A stretch of DNA of 64,000 bases from Acidobacteriota bacterium (GCA_019352055.1 JABBOB010000006.1:10974-74973); one strand, 5' to 3'. Positions 46,434 through 57,808 are shown, numbered from the stretch's first letter. Numbers and translations are program-made. The notes: generated by a model not told the origin, from the letters alone.

Positions 46434-46982
46434 ATGCCCGATTCGCTCCTCCAGCTACCCGTCACCGCTCCGGCCGGTCTGCGCACCAGATGGCGTGACC
46501 GCCGCCGCCTCCAGCGCATCGATCGGCTTGGGGCCAAGCTGGCGCGGCTCGATGCGGTCGATGCGCTGCTCGCCCGCACGCATCAGCGCATCGCGAACGG
46601 CTGGGTGCAGGACGCCTGGTTCACGACGATCGACGAGCAGGGTGTCCGGCTGCACGTCGGTACGCTCCGCGCGCACGACGGCGAAGCCAGCGAGCGGGCC
46701 TGCCTCGTCGCCGCCGTGGCGATCGAGGCGCTGCCCGCGAGCATCACGGGACCGGTCGGCCAACGCGCCGTCGGAGCGATGTGGAACGTCCTGCACGGCG
46801 GTCTGCCCGCCGGGGACTGGATCACGCCCCCGGGGGTGACCGCGGCTCGCGCCTACGACCTCGTCCGCTGGAACGACAGCGCCGACCGGTGTCAGAGCGA
46901 TGTCCTCGCGCTGATCGACGGCTCGCGATCCGCGCTCGGCCGCTCCGCGGACTCGGTCCGGTCGGAGCTCGCGTCGGCCTGA
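46434..46982 (+). CDS. Hypothetical protein, resembles DUF6197-type (often phage-associated) proteins
   Basis: AAGGGGA SD lies 6 nt before the ATG at 46434 (the track uses TTG at 46428). Motifs ...IANGWVQDAWFT...ERACLVAAV...LVRWNDSADRCQSDVLALID... Family call is from memory only. Confidence 0.55.
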   Translation: MPDSLLQLPVTAPAGLRTRWRDRRRLQRIDRLGAKLARLDAVDALLARTHQRIANGWVQDAWFTTIDEQGVRLHVGTLRAHDGEASERACLVAAVAIEALPASITGPVGQRAVGAMWNVLHGGLPAGDWITPPGVTAARAYDLVRWNDSADRCQSDVLALIDGSRSALGRSADSVRSELASA

Positions 46983-47778
46983 GCCGTTCGGTGGCCGGCG
47001 GAGTAGATCGCGGTCTGCACGCCGAACGGCGCCGCGGACGCGTAGATCTGCGACTCGTCGAGCGCTCCTTCGAAGAACGATCGGGTCGGAGCGTCGGCAC
47101 CGCCGGTCACGTTGTCGTGCCCGGATCGCCAGGAACCGGAGTAGGCCTGCAGCGCGACCGTCAGGGGGAACGGCGTCGCCAGGTCGTCGCCGGGTCGGCA
47201 TCGACGCTGATGGTGCACCCGGACGTGGTGCTCACGGTCGCGACCACGAGGTGCCAGGAACAGTCGGCGTACCCGCCGGACGTGGTGCAGTGCCGGTACG
47301 CGCTCTTGACGAGACCGGCGGCCTGGATCGACGCGGCGCCGAACGTCAACCTGCCGCTGTCCCCCATGTACAGGCCGTCGTCGACCCCAGCCGAGGCGGC
47401 GGCCGTGTTCGAGCTGCCGAAGTCCGCGAGGACGCCCCCGCGTCGATGGGGTCGACCCTGAAGCACGTGGCGATGCTGACGGCGGTCGGGTGGGGCCAGG
47501 TCCTCGAGCCGTCGACGACGGCGTACGGCGTCGAACCGGCGGCGCAGGCCGAGATCCGGGATGTCGGTGCTGCCCGGGCCGTAGCCGTAGTGGAGCGACG
47601 GCGTCATGCCGGTGCCGGGTGCCCGGTCGGTGCAGGCGGTGCCCCACGTATTGCCGGTCGTGCTCGTCATCGCCGCGAAGGCGGCGTGGGCCGCCGCGGC
47701 CGGCATGATGGCCGGCGCCGACAGCACGCCGAGCGCCCCCACCGCGGCGGCGGCGCGGTGCAGACCCCGCAGCCGGAT
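46892..47778 (-). pseudogene. LamG (Laminin_G_3 / concanavalin-like) secreted protein with a SipW/TasA-type signal peptide, disrupted by at least three frameshifts
   Basis: The signal ...AAAVGALGVLSAPAIMPAAAAHAAFAAMTSTTGNTWG is followed by LamG motifs split over all three minus-strand frames. These are ...VSIATCFRVDPIDAG / GVLADFGSSNTAAASAGVDDGLYMGDSGRLTFGAAS...CSWHLVVATVS...TISVDAD / PGDDLATPF...YSGSWRSGHDNV...FFEGALDESQIY... GC3 tracks the frame switches near 47545-47565, 47430-47445 and 47185-47200. Confidence 0.55.
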
Positions 47779-48138
47779 GCCCCGGTGGCGTCGCCGCTCG
47801 CGCTCCTCCGGATCCTCCAGCAACCGCCCGAGTCGGACCCCGCCGAGCAGCAGCCCGACCAACGCGACCGAGGTCACGAGCGGCGCGACCTGCCCGGTGC
47901 AGATCCAGTAGGCGGGCAGACCGGCGTACGGGATGCGGAGGAAGGCGGCGCCGTGGAGGGCGGTCACCTGGACGGGAGACGACTCCTCGTTCCTGTTCGC
48001 GTCCCCATTCGTGATGAGTCGGCCGTCCTGCCCGATCTCGACGAGTCGGTGCAGGCGGAGCCGCCCCGGATGGTCCGGGTCGTCGACGAGCAGCACCTGA
48101 CCGGGCGACAGCAGGGACGCGTCGAGGTGCCGGACCAC
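47779..48138 (-). pseudogene. Type I signal peptidase remnant (S26, SipW-like), lacking the N-terminal TM helix and a recognisable SGSM catalytic box; read-through fused to the LamG ORF
   Basis: ...DAIVVRHLDASLLSPGQVLLVDDPDHPGRLRLHRLVEIGQDGRLITNGDANRNEESSPVQVTALHGAAFLRIPYAGLPAYW plus a C-terminal TM helix aligns to the SipW core (xTHRIV, KGDNN, PYAG). Upstream sequence toward tRNA-Ala has no TM helix in any frame. Confidence 0.5.
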
Positions 48139-48357
48139 GATCGCGTCGCTCCGATTGCACGAATCGACGTGGTGTGCACGCGCGAATGCGCGTGAAGAGC
48201 CGGCGTGCTCCGCGTCTGCGCACCTCGGACGGGTGGCACCCGTTCCGGAACGACCCCCGCAGCGATCAGCGCGCGAGATCGACGAGCGGCACCCCCCGAA
48301 CCCGCCGACGCTCGACGAGGGTCCCGCGCCGCAGCACGTCGAACGTCAGGGACACCG

Positions 48358-48430
48358 TGGAGACTAGGGGACTCGAACCCCTGACCCCCTGCTTGCAAAG
48401 CAGGTGCTCTACCAACTGAGCTAAGCCCCC
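48358..48430 (-). tRNA. alaT: tRNA-Ala (anticodon TGC); CCA not encoded
   Basis: The reverse complement reads GGGGGCTTAGCTCAGTTGGTAGAGCACCTGCTTTGCAAGCAGGGGGTCAGGGGTTCGAGTCCCCTAGTCTCCA. G3:U70 pair present. Anticodon loop TTTGCAA. Confidence 0.95.
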
Positions 48431-48563
48431 GAGAAGGGATGCCAGCAGCCTAGACGACGGGCTTCACCGGAACCGATGGATGGACGCGCGAAGCGCAGTC
48501 ATCCGAGCGCTCCGGTACCGAGAAGCCTCGGATCCGCGAGCGGATCCGAGGCCACGAACACGG

Positions 48564-48637
48564 TGGGGCTACCAGGACTTGAACCTGGGACCTCTTCGTT
48601 ATCAGCGAAGCGCTCTAACCGCCTGAGCTATAGCCCC
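48564..48637 (-). tRNA. ileT: tRNA-Ile (anticodon GAT)
   Basis: The reverse complement reads GGGGCTATAGCTCAGGCGGTTAGAGCGCTTCGCTGATAACGAAGAGGTCCCAGGTTCAAGTCCTGGTAGCCCCA. Anticodon loop CTGATAA. Confidence 0.95.
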
Positions 48638-48678
48638 GAATGACCTTCTGCAGGCCGCAGAAGAGCGTACCAGCCCGT

Positions 48679-49077
48679 TCAGCCGTTCTTGAATCCGACG
48701 AGGATCCCGCCCGTGATCTTCACCGAGAGGTTGTACAGCACGCAGGCGATCGCGCCGAGCACGGTGCCGACGACCACGTTCAGGGCGGCGATGACGAGCG
48801 TGAAGCCCATCACCTGCGCGAACGAGACGATGTTGGTGACGCTCGTCCGGCTGTTGCCGGAGACGTCCTTCAGCAGCGTCGATATCTGGTCGAACACACC
48901 GGTGGAGGTGAGCACGGTCCAGATCAGCAGCACCGCGACCAGGATGATGACCCCGACTGCGGCCGCGATCAGGAACGAGAACTTCACCGCGGACCAGAAG
49001 TCGATGTAGACCAGCTTGAGGCGCACCTGCTTGCTCTGCGCAGGACGCGGGGTCTTCTGGGACAGCTTGTCCGCCAC
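48679..49077 (-). CDS. DUF3566 domain membrane protein (Rv0007-like)
   Basis: VADKLSQKTPRPAQSKQVRLKLVYIDFWSAVKFSFLIAAAVGVIILVAVLLIW...FTLVIAALNVVVGTVLGAIACVLYNL... GTG at 49077, directly after the gyrA stop. Confidence 0.8.
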   Translation of the reverse strand: MADKLSQKTPRPAQSKQVRLKLVYIDFWSAVKFSFLIAAAVGVIILVAVLLIWTVLTSTGVFDQISTLLKDVSGNSRTSVTNIVSFAQVMGFTLVIAALNVVVGTVLGAIACVLYNLSVKITGGILVGFKNG

Positions 49078-49078
49078 G

Positions 49079-51589
49079 CTATCCTTCGGACCCGTCGTGT
49101 CCGACGGTCGGCTGGGAGTCCTGACCGAGCTCATCTGCTGCGTTCTCCTCCACGGTCGACTCGCTGTTGCGGGCAATGGCGATGATTCTGTCATCCGCAG
49201 CGAAGCGTGCGAAGACCACACCCATCGTGTCGCGTCCCTTCGCGGGGACTTCGGAGACGTTCGAGCGCACCACCTTGCCACTTTCGAGCACGACGAGCAC
49301 CTCGTCGGTCTCATCCACGATCAGCGCGCCGGCGAGGTCGCCGCGCGCCTCCTGCAGCTTCGCGACCTTGATGCCGAGCCCGCCGCGGCCCTGGATGCGG
49401 TACTGGTCGACCGCCGTGCGCTTCGCGAACCCGCCCTCGGTGACCACGAACACGTAGCCCTGGTCGGAGACGACTCTGGCCGCCAGCAGCTGGTCGTCCC
49501 CGCGGAAGTGCATCCCGATCACACCCGAGGTGCTGCGACCCATCGGTCGGAGGGAGTCGTCGGAAGCGGTGAACCGGATGGACATGCCCTTCTTCGACAC
49601 GAGGAGCACGTCGCTGGTGTCGTCCACGAGCAGTGCCTGGATGAGCTCGTCGCCCTCGCGCAGGTTGATGGCGATGATGCCGCCGCTGCGATTCGTGTCA
49701 TATTCGGCGAGCGCGGTCTTCTTCATCAGACCGCCACGGGTGGCGAGCACCAGGTAGGGCGCCACCGTGTAGTCGCGGATGTCGAGGATCTGCGCGACCC
49801 GCTCGTCGGGCTGCATCGCCAAGAGGTTCGCGATGTGCTGCCCCTTCGCGTCGCGGGCGCTCTCCTGCACCTCGTAGGTCTTCACTCGGTACACCCGGCC
49901 CGCGTTCGTGAAGACCAGCAGCCAGTGGTGCGTCGAGGTGACGAACAGGTGGTCGACGATGTCGTCCGCCCGCAGCTGCGCGCCGCGGACACCGCGACCG
50001 CCGCGACGCTGGGAGCGGTACTGGTCGCTGCGCGTGCGCTTGATGTACCCGCCGCGCGTGACGGTGACGACGACCTCCTCCTCCGGGATGAGGTCCTCGA
50101 TGCTCATCTCGCCGTCGTATCCCGGCAGGATCTGCGTCCGGCGGTCGTCACCGAAGCGGTCGACGATCTCGGTGAGCTCCTCGGCCACGATCGAGCGCTG
50201 GCGCGGGACCTTCGCGAGGATGTCCTTGTAATCGGCGATGAGACGCTCGAGCTCGGCGGCCTGGTCGATGATGCGCTGGCGCTCGAGGGCGGCGAGCCGG
50301 CGGAGCTGGAGGCTCAGGATCGCATTCGCCTGCACCTCGTCGACGTCCAGCAGCTCGATCAGGCCGGTGCGCGCGTCGTCGGGGGTCGGCGATCGCCGGA
50401 TGAGCGCGATGACCTCGTCGAGCATGTCGAGCGCCTTGAGGTAGCCCCGCAGGATGTGGGCGTCGGCTTCCGCCTTGCGGAGCCGATAGGCGGTTCGGCG
50501 CTGGATGACTTCGAGCTGGTGCTCGATCCAGGCGGAGATGAAGCCGTCGAGCGCCAGGGTGCGCGGCACCCCGTCGACGAGCGCGAGCATGTTCGCGCCG
50601 AAGTTCTGCTGCAGTTCGGTGTGCTTGTACAGGTTGTTCAGCACGACCTTCGGCACCGCGTCGCGCTTCAGCACGATGACGAGGCGCTGGCCGGTGCGGC
50701 CTGAGGAGTGGTCCTGGATGTCGGCGATGCCGGACATCCGTCCCTCCTTGACCATCGTCGCGATCTTGTCGGCGAGGTTGTCGGGGTTGACCTGGTACGG
50801 CAGCTCGGTGATGACGAGGCAGGTGCGCCCCTGCAGCTCCTCCACGCTGACCACGCCGCGCATCGTGATCGAGCCGCGCCCCGTGCGGTACATGTCCTGG
50901 ATGCCGCGGGTGCCGAGGATCGTGGCTGCGGTCGGGAAGTCCGGGCCCTTGATCCGCTCCATGAGCCCGGCGAGCAGCTCCTCGCGGGTCGCGTCCGGGT
51001 GCTCGAGCGCCCAGAGCGCGGCGGCCGAGACCTCGCGCAGGTTGTGGGGCGGGATGTTCGTCGCCATGCCGACCGCGATGCCGGCGGACCCGTTGACGAG
51101 CAGGTTGGGGAACCGCGCGGGCAGCACGACGGGCTCCTGCGTGCGACCGTCGTAGTTGTCCTGGAAGTCGACGGTGTCCTCGTCGATGTCCCGGACCATC
51201 TCCATGGCGAGGGGCGCCATCTTGGTCTCGGTGTACCGAGGCGCCGCCGCAGGATCGTTGCCCGGGGAACCGAAGTTGCCCTGCCCGAGCGCGAGCGGGT
51301 ACCGGAGGCTCCAGTCCTGCACGAGTCGCACGAGCGTGTCGTAGATGGCGCTGTCGCCGTGCGGATGGAACTGCGCCATGACATCGCCGACGACCCGAGC
51401 GCACTTCGAGAACCCGCGGTCCGGGCGGTAGCCGCCGTCGTACATCGCGTAGATCACGCGACGGTGCACCGGCTTGAGCCCGTCGCGCACCTCGGGCAGC
51501 GCCCGCGCCACGATCACGCTCATCGCGTAGTCGAGGTACGACCGCTGCATCTCGAGCTGCAGATCGACCTGCTCGATGTTGTCAACCAT
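49079..51589 (-). CDS. gyrA: DNA gyrase subunit A
   Basis: ...[12 protein letters not shown]...[32 protein letters not shown]...AAPRYTE... plus C-terminal beta-pinwheel repeats. Confidence 0.98.
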   Translation of the reverse strand: MVDNIEQVDLQLEMQRSYLDYAMSVIVARALPEVRDGLKPVHRRVIYAMYDGGYRPDRGFSKCARVVGDVMAQFHPHGDSAIYDTLVRLVQDWSLRYPLALGQGNFGSPGNDPAAAPRYTETKMAPLAMEMVRDIDEDTVDFQDNYDGRTQEPVVLPARFPNLLVNGSAGIAVGMATNIPPHNLREVSAAALWALEHPDATREELLAGLMERIKGPDFPTAATILGTRGIQDMYRTGRGSITMRGVVSVEELQGRTCLVITELPYQVNPDNLADKIATMVKEGRMSGIADIQDHSSGRTGQRLVIVLKRDAVPKVVLNNLYKHTELQQNFGANMLALVDGVPRTLALDGFISAWIEHQLEVIQRRTAYRLRKAEADAHILRGYLKALDMLDEVIALIRRSPTPDDARTGLIELLDVDEVQANAILSLQLRRLAALERQRIIDQAAELERLIADYKDILAKVPRQRSIVAEELTEIVDRFGDDRRTQILPGYDGEMSIEDLIPEEEVVVTVTRGGYIKRTRSDQYRSQRRGGRGVRGAQLRADDIVDHLFVTSTHHWLLVFTNAGRVYRVKTYEVQESARDAKGQHIANLLAMQPDERVAQILDIRDYTVAPYLVLATRGGLMKKTALAEYDTNRSGGIIAINLREGDELIQALLVDDTSDVLLVSKKGMSIRFTASDDSLRPMGRSTSGVIGMHFRGDDQLLAARVVSDQGYVFVVTEGGFAKRTAVDQYRIQGRGGLGIKVAKLQEARGDLAGALIVDETDEVLVVLESGKVVRSNVSEVPAKGRDTMGVVFARFAADDRIIAIARNSESTVEENAADELGQDSQPTVGHDGSEG

Positions 51590-51622
51590 GGGTGGTCCTA
51601 TCGGTGGTGGTCACGTCAGTAG

Positions 51623-51667
51623 GACTCTCCGTTTTGTAGGACGCTGCGTCCTACAAAACGGAGAGTC
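51623..51667. repeat. 45-bp perfect palindrome in the gyrB-gyrA spacer
   Basis: GACTCTCCGTTTTGTAGGACGC (51623-51644), central T (51645), GCGTCCTACAAAACGGAGAGTC (51646-51667). I verified the arms base by base. Confidence 0.9.
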
Positions 51668-51684
51668 TGAAGCGGGAGGCGTCC

Positions 51685-53826
<2,142 letters not shown>

Positions 53827-53884
53827 TCATCGGTAACCGCTCGAGCCTACCGTGCAGGCACCCCACCGGCGGCCGAAATCGCCC

Positions 53885-53900
53885 TTCTGAGACCTCAGAA
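53885..53900. promoter_or_regulatory. 16-bp AT-richer palindrome upstream of gyrB
   Basis: TTCTGAG-AC-CTCAGAA, 74-89 nt upstream of the gyrB start. Flanked by partially complementary CGCC / GGCG. Confidence 0.3.
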
Positions 53901-54011
53901 TCGGCGCAGGTACCGAATCACTGGCCCCGATCGCCGACACGCGCCGTTCCGGCGCTCCACGCGGGATTGCGCGCCCTCTCCGGAGACGGCTGAAGTCACC
54001 TTCCGACGACG

Positions 54012-54491
54012 TCAGCCGTAGGTGTCCCTCGGACCCCGGCCCTGCACGGTGCGCGGACCGTGGTTCCAGCTCGGCGTGTTCGGGCCGAGGAACCGCAGCG
54101 AATCGACCCCCGCGTCAGGGAAGTCCCTCGCGATCCGGTCGCTGATCTGCGACCGCATCAGCGACAGCTGCGTCGCCCACGCGGTCGAGTCGCACCGGAT
54201 CAGGAGCACGCCGTCGGCGTAGCCCTCGACCTCGGCGTGCTTGGCCGTCTCGGCTCCGGCGATCGAGCGCCACGCGGCGGCGAGATCGCCGCGGGCGATC
54301 GGGGTGCGCCACCCGAGCGAGTCGGTCACGCTGTCGAGGACCGCGGAGACGCTGAGCGGGTCGCGTCCCTTCGCGAAGGGCGTGCTGCCGGGGCGCGGCT
54401 CCAGCACCCGCCGCCGTGATCGCCCGGCGCCGAACACGGTCCGCAGCCGGGCCCACACCCGGTTCGCCTCCGACTGGGACTGGTCCGTCAT
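54012..54491 (-). CDS. DUF721 (DciA-like, Rv0004-like) protein
   Basis: MTDQSQSEANRVWARLR...LGWRTPIARGDLAAAWRSIAGAETAKHAEVEGYADGVLLIRCDSTAWATQLSLM... ATG at 54491 overlaps the recF stop (ATGA). Confidence 0.85.
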   Translation of the reverse strand: MTDQSQSEANRVWARLRTVFGAGRSRRRVLEPRPGSTPFAKGRDPLSVSAVLDSVTDSLGWRTPIARGDLAAAWRSIAGAETAKHAEVEGYADGVLLIRCDSTAWATQLSLMRSQISDRIARDFPDAGVDSLRFLGPNTPSWNHGPRTVQGRGPRDTYG

Positions 54492-55627
54492 GCACCCGAT
54501 CCTGCCGCGTCGAGGGGAGCGTCGGCCGCCCCCTCGACGACGTGGCCCGCCCGGATCCGGGTGACGCGTCCTGCGAGCGCGGCCGGGATGTCGGCCTCGA
54601 CAGCGGCGGTGACGATCACCTGCTCGTAGCGCGCGACACGATCCGCGAGCCGCAGCCGGCGACGCTCGTCCAGCTCGGCGAACACGTCGTCCAGGATCAC
54701 GATCGGATCGCCGGTGGGCAGCGCATGGCGCAGCAGCTCGACGGCCCCCAGCCGCAGCGCGAGCGCGAGGGACCACGACTCGCCGTGGCTCGCATACCCG
54801 CGCGCCGGCAAGCGGTTCACCGTCATGAGGACGTCGTCCCTGTGCGGCCCGATCAGGGTGATGCCGCGCTCGATCTCGCGCCGTCGCACCCGCGCGAGCG
54901 CGGCGACGAAGCGCTCGTGCGTCGTGCCCTCCACCGTGTCCTCGTCGATCGTGCGCTGCGCCTCGATCGCGACCCGTTGATCGTCGCCCGCCACCACGGA
55001 GTACTGCTCGGCCACCAGCGGCTCGAGCGCGGCGAGCAGGTCCGTGCGTGCGTCGAGCAGCTCGGTGCCCGTCGTGATCAGCCGCTCGTCCCAGACCGCC
55101 AGCGACTCGGTGTCGACCATCCCGCGGCTGCCACGGAGCAGGCCGTTGCGCTGCCGGAGCGCCTTCTCGTAGTCGCTCACCGTGCCCGCCAGGCGCGGGG
55201 TGCGCTGCACGAGCAGCTCGTCGACGAACCGCCGCCGTGCGGACGGCTCGCCGCGCACGATCGCGAGATCCTCCGGGGCGAACAGGACGCTGGACACGTT
55301 CCGGGTGATCTCGCGGGGGCGGACCGCGGAGCGGTTCAGCTGCGCCCGGTTGGCCCCCACCTTGTTGATGAGCACCTCGGCGAGCACCTCCCGGTCGGCG
55401 GAGGAGACGGTGGCGCGGATCACCGCCGCTCCGGCCCCTGCACGCACGAGGGCGCCGTCCCCGGAGACCCGATGCGATCCGAGCGTCGTCAGGAAGCCGA
55501 TCGCCTCCACGAGGTTGGTCTTGCCCTGGCCGTTGCTGCCCGCGAGCACGTTCGCGCCCGCCTCGAACACGACGTCGGCGGTCTCGTAGTTGCGCCAGTC
55601 GGTCAGGCTCAGTCGGGTGATGCGCAT
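54488..55627 (-). CDS. recF: DNA replication and repair protein RecF
   Basis: MRITRLSLTDWRNYETADVVFEAGANVLAGSNGQGKTNLVEAI...LASHGESWSLALALRL...ILDDVFAELD. Confidence 0.97.
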   Translation of the reverse strand: MRITRLSLTDWRNYETADVVFEAGANVLAGSNGQGKTNLVEAIGFLTTLGSHRVSGDGALVRAGAGAAVIRATVSSADREVLAEVLINKVGANRAQLNRSAVRPREITRNVSSVLFAPEDLAIVRGEPSARRRFVDELLVQRTPRLAGTVSDYEKALRQRNGLLRGSRGMVDTESLAVWDERLITTGTELLDARTDLLAALEPLVAEQYSVVAGDDQRVAIEAQRTIDEDTVEGTTHERFVAALARVRRREIERGITLIGPHRDDVLMTVNRLPARGYASHGESWSLALALRLGAVELLRHALPTGDPIVILDDVFAELDERRRLRLADRVARYEQVIVTAAVEADIPAALAGRVTRIRAGHVVEGAADAPLDAAGSGA

Positions 55628-55698
55628 CGGAGCAGCTCCTGTTCACGGATAGGGCGACCGGCTCGCCGGATCCCCCGTATCCGTGGACGGGACGGGAG

Positions 55699-56619
55699 CT
55701 ACCGCTTGGTCGGGTGCATCTGCTGCGCGGTCTCGACCTCCGCGGCCTTCACCGCGTGGCCGCCGAACTGGTTGCGCAGCGCCGCGACCGCTTTCATGGC
55801 GGGGGACTGCTCCTGCCGCGAGACGAAACGGGCGAAGATCGATGCGCTGATCGCCGGCATGGGCACCGCGTGATCGATCGCCTCCTCGAGGGTCCAGCGC
55901 CCCTCGCCGGAGTCGTCGACGTAGCCGTCGATCTCCGAGAAGTCCGGATCCTGCTCGAGCGCGCGGACCATCAGCTCGAGGAGCCAGGAGCGGACGACCG
56001 TGCCGCGCTGCCACGCCTTGAACGTCCCGGACACGTCGATCCCGCGGTCGGAGGCGGCGAGCAGTTCGTAGCCCTCGGCGTACGCCTGCATGATCGCGTA
56101 CTCGATGCCGTTGTGGACCATCTTCGTGTAGTGGCCCGCGCCCACCGGGCCGGCATGCACGAACCCCTCGTCGCGAGGCCCCTCCGGGCGGAGCACGTCG
56201 AAGACGGGGAGCATGTGCTCGACCTGCTCCGTGCTGCCGCCGACCATCAGGCCGTACCCGTTCTCGAGCCCCCAGACGCCCCCGGAGACGCCGACGTCCA
56301 TGAAGGAGAGGCCCTTCGCGTCGAGCTGCTTCGCGTGCTTCTCGTCCTCGGTGAACTTGGAGTTGCCGCCGTCGACGATGAGGTCGCCGGGCTCGAGCAC
56401 CTCGGCGAGCTGGTCCACGACCGAGTCCGTGATCGTCCCGGCCGGCACCATCACCCACACCACGCGGGGCGCGGGCAGCGCGGCTGCGAGCGCGGCGTAG
56501 TCCGGCACGTCGCTGACCGCGGGGTTGGTGTCGTAGCCGACGACGTCGATGCCGCCCTTCTTCAACCGGGCGCGCATGTTGTTGCCCATCTTGCCCAGGC
56601 CGACGAGTCCGATCTTCAT
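55699..56619 (-). CDS. gnd: 6-phosphogluconate dehydrogenase, short (decarboxylating-like) form
   Basis: MKIGLVGLGKMGNNMRARL...DGGNSKF...MDVGVSGGVWGLENGYGLMVGG...GAGHYTKMVHNGIEYAIMQAYAEG. Lies between dnaN and recF, as in many Actinobacteria. Confidence 0.9.
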   Translation of the reverse strand: MKIGLVGLGKMGNNMRARLKKGGIDVVGYDTNPAVSDVPDYAALAAALPAPRVVWVMVPAGTITDSVVDQLAEVLEPGDLIVDGGNSKFTEDEKHAKQLDAKGLSFMDVGVSGGVWGLENGYGLMVGGSTEQVEHMLPVFDVLRPEGPRDEGFVHAGPVGAGHYTKMVHNGIEYAIMQAYAEGYELLAASDRGIDVSGTFKAWQRGTVVRSWLLELMVRALEQDPDFSEIDGYVDDSGEGRWTLEEAIDHAVPMPAISASIFARFVSRQEQSPAMKAVAALRNQFGGHAVKAAEVETAQQMHPTKR

Positions 56620-56668
56620 GCTGGTGTCCTCACGTCTGAAGTGCTTTCGGGGCGGCGAACCCGCGGGA

Positions 56669-57808
56669 TCAGCGCAGGAGCAGGTTCGGCTGGAGGAGGT
56701 AGCGGAACTCCTCGTTGCCGACGTCCTCCCGGGACTTCTGTCCGGTGATCAGCACCGGACCCGGCTTGTTCGGGTTCTCCGTCTTCGTGAACGAGATTCG
56801 CACGAAGTCCGTGTGGACTCCCGAGAGCCCGTCGAGCAGGAACTGCGGCTTGAGCGACACGACGATGTCGTCGCCCTGGAGCACCGCGTCGAGCTGCTCC
56901 GAGGCCTGGGCCTGCTCGGAGCCGGCCGCCTCGAGGGTCAGGCCCTCCGTCGAGAACGAGTACCGGAGCGCCGCCTCGCGCTCTAGGACGAGCTGGACCC
57001 GCCGGGTCGCCTCGACGAGCTCCGCGGTCCCGATGACCGCGTAGTGCTCCGTGGTGTCGGGGAAGAGTCGTTTGACGGGCGGGAAGTTGCCCTTGATGAG
57101 CAGGGAGGTGACGGTGCGCCGGTCGGAGACGAACGCGATCAGCTCGCGGTCGCCGCCGCTGGTGATCCCGATGCTCACGTCGCCGCTTCCTGCGAAGGTG
57201 CGGCCCACCTCCTGGAGGGTCCGGGCAGGGACGAGCGCGCTCACGGTCTCGTCGCCGCCGCCGTTCCACGGCAGCTCGCGCACGGCCACCCGGTACCGGT
57301 CGGTCGCCGTCAGCGAGATCGATCCCGAGGTCGCCTCGAGCTGCACGCCCGTGATGACCGGCGTCACGTCGTCGCGAGACGCTGCCACCACCACCTGGGC
57401 GATCGCGCCGGAGAAGACGCCGGCGGGCACCACGCCGGTGGACTCGCCGACGACAGGGAGGCTCGGGTACTCCGCCACGGGCATCGAGAGCAGCGTGAAC
57501 CTGGCGCTGCCTGCGGTCACCAGCACGCGGTTGTCCTGGGTCGACACCTCGACGGGGAGGCCGGGGAGACGGTTGGCGATGTCCGCGAGCAGTCGCCCGG
57601 ACACCAGGACCCTGCCCGGCTCCTCGACCTGGGCGTCGATCCGCACCCGAGCGCTGACCTCGTAGTCGAACGACGACAGGGAGAGCCCGTCCTCGGTGGT
57701 CTCGATGAGCACGCCCGAGAGGATCGGCAGCGTCGTGCGCTGCGGCAGCAGACGGACGGCGAACGAGACGGCGTCGCTGAAGACGTCCCGGTTCGCGTGG
57801 AATCGCAC
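56669..57808 (-). CDS. dnaN: DNA polymerase III subunit beta (sliding clamp)
   Basis: MRFHANRDVFSDAVSFAVRLLPQRTTLPILSGVLIE... Three-domain length. Position directly downstream of dnaA and oriC. Confidence 0.97.
   Translation of the reverse strand: MRFHANRDVFSDAVSFAVRLLPQRTTLPILSGVLIETTEDGLSLSSFDYEVSARVRIDAQVEEPGRVLVSGRLLADIANRLPGLPVEVSTQDNRVLVTAGSARFTLLSMPVAEYPSLPVVGESTGVVPAGVFSGAIAQVVVAASRDDVTPVITGVQLEATSGSISLTATDRYRVAVRELPWNGGGDETVSALVPARTLQEVGRTFAGSGDVSIGITSGGDRELIAFVSDRRTVTSLLIKGNFPPVKRLFPDTTEHYAVIGTAELVEATRRVQLVLEREAALRYSFSTEGLTLEAAGSEQAQASEQLDAVLQGDDIVVSLKPQFLLDGLSGVHTDFVRISFTKTENPNKPGPVLITGQKSREDVGNEEFRYLLQPNLLLR

Noticed and set aside
46297-48357. Search for a duplicated tRNA-Ala 3' end (att-type direct repeat) or an integrase that would define the putA to tRNA-Ala segment as an integrated island
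   Set aside because: I found no convincing repeat of the tRNA 3' arm near 46300-46430, only a weak CGAACTC resemblance, and no integrase or recombinase ORF. Island boundaries therefore cannot be claimed.
47964-48398. 144-aa minus-strand ORF near tRNA-Ala
   Set aside because: It runs through the tRNA-Ala gene (48358-48430) and is out of frame with the signal-peptidase-like sequence. It is an artefact.
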